From Epithemia pelagica (lineage: Eukaryota; Protista; Bacillariophyta), in assembly GCA_946965045.2 (NCBI GenBank), contig OX337238.1, positions 2,976,001 to 3,040,000 of the forward strand: a stretch of 64,000 nucleotides of DNA, in the 5' to 3' direction. Position 1 is the stretch's first letter. Each line of letters opens with the position of its first letter. Under the pieces are notes generated by a model, which was not told the DNA's origin, did no database searches, and saw only the letters and a program-made list of their open reading frames with translations. The translations under genes were made by a program, and so were the position numbers. Positions 60,433 through 64,000 of the stretch are shown here, one piece after another.

Positions 60433-61566
60433 ATGACGACTACACTGCAAGAGCAAGCAAAGCAATCCGGGTTTTGCTTTCTGGACAGTGACAATAACAG
60501 TCTTGCGCCTCATTGGAATACCAATGACTGGCCTCGTCTTTTAGGTGGGTGGCGTCAGTATCATGCTTCAGTCGTGCTCGACCATCCCGAAAAAGACATT
60601 GCACAGACCGTTGTAGTTTTGGGAGGACGCAAACAAAATCAAGGTTATACCAACTCAGTGGTGTTGTTGAGATTGTCAGATGAAAATACGCAGTGGCAGG
60701 AAGGACCGCCACTGAACGACAAGCGAGCCTTTCATGCTGCGGTGGTTTGTAACGGAGGAGTTTATGTGATTGGAGGATGGAATGGAAGTTCACAGTTGGA
60801 TAGTATCGAACGGATTGATGTTGCAAAGCAGTGTTCGGAACCAATGGAAAGCTCTACCAGCAACCAATGGACGACACTGACTTGTCGATTGTCTACGGCA
60901 AGAAATGGATGTTCGGCTGTTACCGTGTACAATCGCTATATTGTCGTCATTGGTGGATCCAACGAAAACTGTTTGTCGTCGGTTGATATAATCGATACAG
61001 CTATCGCAAGCAACCACACTGTGATTGTGGGACCATCCATGACAGTTCCTCGGTCTGGTTCTGCAAGTGCTGTCATTGGTCATCGCATTTTTGCTGTTGG
61101 AGGCTACAATGGGCACAATGAAGAAGTTCTCAAATCAGTGGAATATTTGGAGATTCATGATCCTTCAGGCAATGGGACAATGAACACATCAAGTTCAGTG
61201 TTTCCATCCTTATGCCGTTGGACACGTGATGACAAGCTCAATCTTTCCATCCAACGGAGTTATCATGGAGTTGTAGCTGTTGGATCCTGTCTGATTGTTA
61301 TGGGAGGTTGCAATCTCAGAGCTCAGGAGAATGCAGAAGTCTTGGATACTTGCCGAAATACTGTATGGACCAATCCCCAATTCACAGAGTTACGTTTTGC
61401 CCGTAGTGCTGTGGTTCACAAGAAGGGAATCGCAGTGATTGGTCGACTCGACAATTCTTCTTGTGAGACACTTTCGGTGATTGACAAGAATACTTGGTGT
61501 TTTCGTCGACTCACTGAGCAGGTGCCAAGTACAATCTTTGGGACAAGAACAGACGCACTGCGATAA
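60433..61566 (+). CDS. Kelch paralogue K11 (377 aa), C-terminal basic tail lost
   Basis: Six blades intact; stop after TDALR. The conserved family 3' flank is absent. Confidence 0.88.
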   Translation: MTTTLQEQAKQSGFCFLDSDNNSLAPHWNTNDWPRLLGGWRQYHASVVLDHPEKDIAQTVVVLGGRKQNQGYTNSVVLLRLSDENTQWQEGPPLNDKRAFHAAVVCNGGVYVIGGWNGSSQLDSIERIDVAKQCSEPMESSTSNQWTTLTCRLSTARNGCSAVTVYNRYIVVIGGSNENCLSSVDIIDTAIASNHTVIVGPSMTVPRSGSASAVIGHRIFAVGGYNGHNEEVLKSVEYLEIHDPSGNGTMNTSSSVFPSLCRWTRDDKLNLSIQRSYHGVVAVGSCLIVMGGCNLRAQENAEVLDTCRNTVWTNPQFTELRFARSAVVHKKGIAVIGRLDNSSCETLSVIDKNTWCFRRLTEQVPSTIFGTRTDALR

Positions 61567-61905
61567 TGTGTAGAAATGTTTGTATATCACACATTCTGCA
61601 GTACACGGAACTGGCAAAGAGTGGATGCAATAGTGTGTGGGGCCTACTTATCGGTGACAGGGAGCTTTGCCTTCCTAAAGGACTTCCTAAAGGAAGTTCA
61701 TCGTCAATGCCTTCCCAACTAAACGTTGGTACGAGTACTCTGATTTGTCTAGTACTACTACCATCACACGACGGCATTGTCATAGTGCCCATAGCCATGA
61801 GCTATCTGCCGATACCCAGTGATGTATGTACGATGTCACTCATCCTCTACTACTAACCAGGGACTGCAAGTAGTCTATTGACTTGGGATCTACAATACAC
61901 TCCCT

Positions 61906-62778
61906 TCACTTACTACCATAAGGGCTGGATTTGGCTTTTTTCGAAGGAGGAGGACCAGGAACAATCACATCCACATGGGTGAGTGTTCCATAGTTCTTTT
62001 TTTCATCGCTCGCCCCGGTAACTCTGACAATCATGCGTGACGATCCCCATTCCGTGTCCAGTCCCTGTGCTTGAAACACTTGATTCACCTCGTTCCGAAA
62101 ATCCTGGTCATTGGCATACGCAAATGCATCATCATTTTTCACTAGTTCCAACATATTTTGGGGGTTGTGATGCCGAATGTCGTAGGCATCATGAACATCT
62201 TGACAGAACAAAAGACGGCTTCTTGAATACGGTTTTTTCTCATATGCTTTCTCGGACGTTTTCACCAATTTTTGGAGAACTTGGAGGATTCGCAGATATC
62301 GCTGAGCCCTCTTTTTCGTGGGAACGTCTTTCACTTGGGATAAGTCCACGGTGTCGGAGGAGATACAATCCCGTTTGATCAACCCTAGATAGTCCAGCAC
62401 TGGCAAGAGGTCTCGCAATTCCACGCCACGCTCCGGAAGCGTAATCGTGTGAGTGACACTGTCGTCATTGTTGTTTTCGTTGTTACTGTTGTGGTTGTTC
62501 CGGGGATCTTTATACATGAGTTCTATTGTTGGAATCATCGCAAAGGACCACTCCCCCAAATCCGTCACGTGTACTTGAATGGGGAGGCAGTACATGGATC
62601 CATGCTTCGGATGAGTCTTCCACACGTCCGATGCCATGGTACTGAGCAAAGATTCCCTCTTTTTCTGGAGATCTGTTTCGTCTAGCACTAGTCTATCATT
62701 GTAGGATGCCGAGTTTGTGTCTGGATTGTCGTCACTATCATCGACAAACTGGAAGTGAACTTTTGCCGTCGTTGTCAT
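61906..62778 (-). CDS. BTB/POZ-like domain protein, paralogue 2 (290 aa)
   Basis: Clear paralogue of 55013-55933 (AKVHFQFVDDSD, ESLLSTMASD.WK, LLPVLDYLGL, GTLTHVDVIVPGPPPSKKAKS). Confidence 0.6.
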   Translation of the reverse strand: MTTTAKVHFQFVDDSDDNPDTNSASYNDRLVLDETDLQKKRESLLSTMASDVWKTHPKHGSMYCLPIQVHVTDLGEWSFAMIPTIELMYKDPRNNHNSNNENNNDDSVTHTITLPERGVELRDLLPVLDYLGLIKRDCISSDTVDLSQVKDVPTKKRAQRYLRILQVLQKLVKTSEKAYEKKPYSRSRLLFCQDVHDAYDIRHHNPQNMLELVKNDDAFAYANDQDFRNEVNQVFQAQGLDTEWGSSRMIVRVTGASDEKKNYGTLTHVDVIVPGPPPSKKAKSSPYGSK

Positions 62779-63181
62779 GGTGGTTCGCTCGGTTCCCGTT
62801 TTCGATATTTTTTAAAACCGCGACTGACTTTTTAGCGCTATGTCCAGCGAGTCTAAGTTAGGGGGTGCCCCTCCTTATAAGTTTCATATCTTTCATCGCT
62901 CTATCCACCCCCCCAAGATAACTTCTCTCTCTAAGCGAAGACGAATACGAACAGTCACCATGAGATGTGGACACTAGAATCAAAAGAGCATTTTTACTTT
63001 GGTGTACTACTATAATATGAAGGCTATCATGAATCCAAACATTTGTTTTGAGGCCGTCATTTGATCACAGCTCCTGCTCTCAGGCTCGTCAGCTACAGAT
63101 CGTGCGTCTACAAAGTCGACAAGTATGCCAGTTGGTTTGTTTTGGTCCACCGTGGTAGTCGACACCCATTTCAGCGCATTT

Positions 63182-64000
63182 TTACGAGTCGCCTGCATTT
63201 TCTTTGTCAGCGTGTTTTCTTTCAAGCTCCTTGTCGTATTTTTGTTTTGATTTCCAATTGCATAGCGTGTTCCGGGCCTCTAACAGGAGCCGAAAGATAA
63301 CGGCAGAATCCTCTTGGTTACGTTTGTCTGGGTGAAAAATCTTGGAAAGCTCGCTGAATTTGCTGCGAATAGTTTTGGCCGACGCATCCGGCGCAACACC
63401 CAAAATATCATAGTGAGTTGCATCTTCGCGGTAAAATACTGCCACATCATCTTGGGGATTGGTCTTGAATTCCAACAACAACTGGCTTGTCTTTGTTCGC
63501 GCATCATGATCTCGTGTGAAATGATCTCTACGACGACTTTCTCGCTCCTCTAGATACTTTTGCTTCACGTCATTGCTCTCAAAGGCAGTTTTGGTTCGCT
63601 TAATGCCATTCATTTCTTCCAAATACTGAAATATTTCTGAACGACTGGCCGACCCATTTGCCAATGCCTCTCGAAATGCAATAGTACGGTAGTGATCTCG
63701 TTCAGCCCGTCGGACAGTTTCTCTATCCGTACGCAGCTTTCGTCCATACATTTTCTTGCGTCGTTTGTCCAAAAACGAATACAGCTTTCTGGATCTTCGC
63801 ATCTCATCCATTTTATCACTGGTCACATCAAGTTCTTTCCCAAGTTGTTCGCCATTCAGTACCATGCTGTTGGAGGATGCAACACTGAGAGTCCACTCGA
63901 CATTCAACTTGATAGCTGCTAAAACCTGAAAACTTACCTGAAACTTCCATCCTTTCCCTGACGTGCACATCGACCTTTGATTTGCACTTCCTCCGATAAA
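63182..64000 (-). CDS. 3' end of a gene with a C-terminal J (DnaJ) domain; intron 63867-63937; runs off the window
   Basis: HYDILGV..DAS...I...F..LS..FHPDK...YD is a canonical J domain with HPD. GTAAGT...CAACAG intron; the upstream exon reads EEVQIKGRCARQGKDGSFSMVL. Confidence 0.8.
   Translation of the reverse strand, partial: FIGGSANQRSMCTSGKGWKFQVSFQVLAAIKLNVEWTLSVASSNSMVLNGEQLGKELDVTSDKMDEMRRSRKLYSFLDKRRKKMYGRKLRTDRETVRRAERDHYRTIAFREALANGSASRSEIFQYLEEMNGIKRTKTAFESNDVKQKYLEERESRRRDHFTRDHDARTKTSQLLLEFKTNPQDDVAVFYREDATHYDILGVAPDASAKTIRSKFSELSKIFHPDKRNQEDSAVIFRLLLEARNTLCNWKSKQKYDKELERKHADKENAGDS

Noticed and set aside
1-64000. Prokaryotic or phage origin
   Set aside because: Spliceosomal introns in adhE and the J-domain gene, microsatellites, low gene density and eukaryotic domain content.

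Overview
Eukaryotic nuclear DNA, most likely a pennate diatom or related stramenopile. This is an inference from short GT-AG introns, an adhE with an organellar presequence, low-complexity Q/T/S-rich ORFs and the absence of operons or RBS sites. The window is dominated by a birth-and-death array of intronless, stand-alone six-bladed Kelch beta-propeller genes. Eleven co-oriented close paralogues (K1-K11) lie on the + strand, seven intact and four disrupted. There is also a solo 3' fragment and two divergent minus-strand Kelch pseudogenes. K paralogues keep a conserved scaffold but are hypervariable in predicted top-face loops, and are mosaics of near-identical blocks shared between different copies. 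Most carry an upstream 14-bp hairpin followed by a ~22-codon uORF with apparent peptide-level conservation. They are interleaved with one intact and many decayed copies of a minus-strand low-complexity, membrane-anchored protein family. Other genes: two stand-alone BTB/POZ-like paralogues, an alpha-arrestin with a PPxY motif, a 4-intron adhE with a 197-bp 3' tandem duplication plus a detached adhE relic, a bacterial-type membrane protein, an HNH-like ORF, and the 3' end of a SecA/SF2-motif-VI plus J-domain gene. Non-coding features include a hAT-type MITE with TIR, 8-bp TSD and an empty paralogous site, 11-bp and 342-bp tandem arrays, and a 98-nt fold-back. All calls come from reading the sequence by eye; no searches or alignments were run. 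Several frameshifts sit in homopolymers and may be assembly errors.
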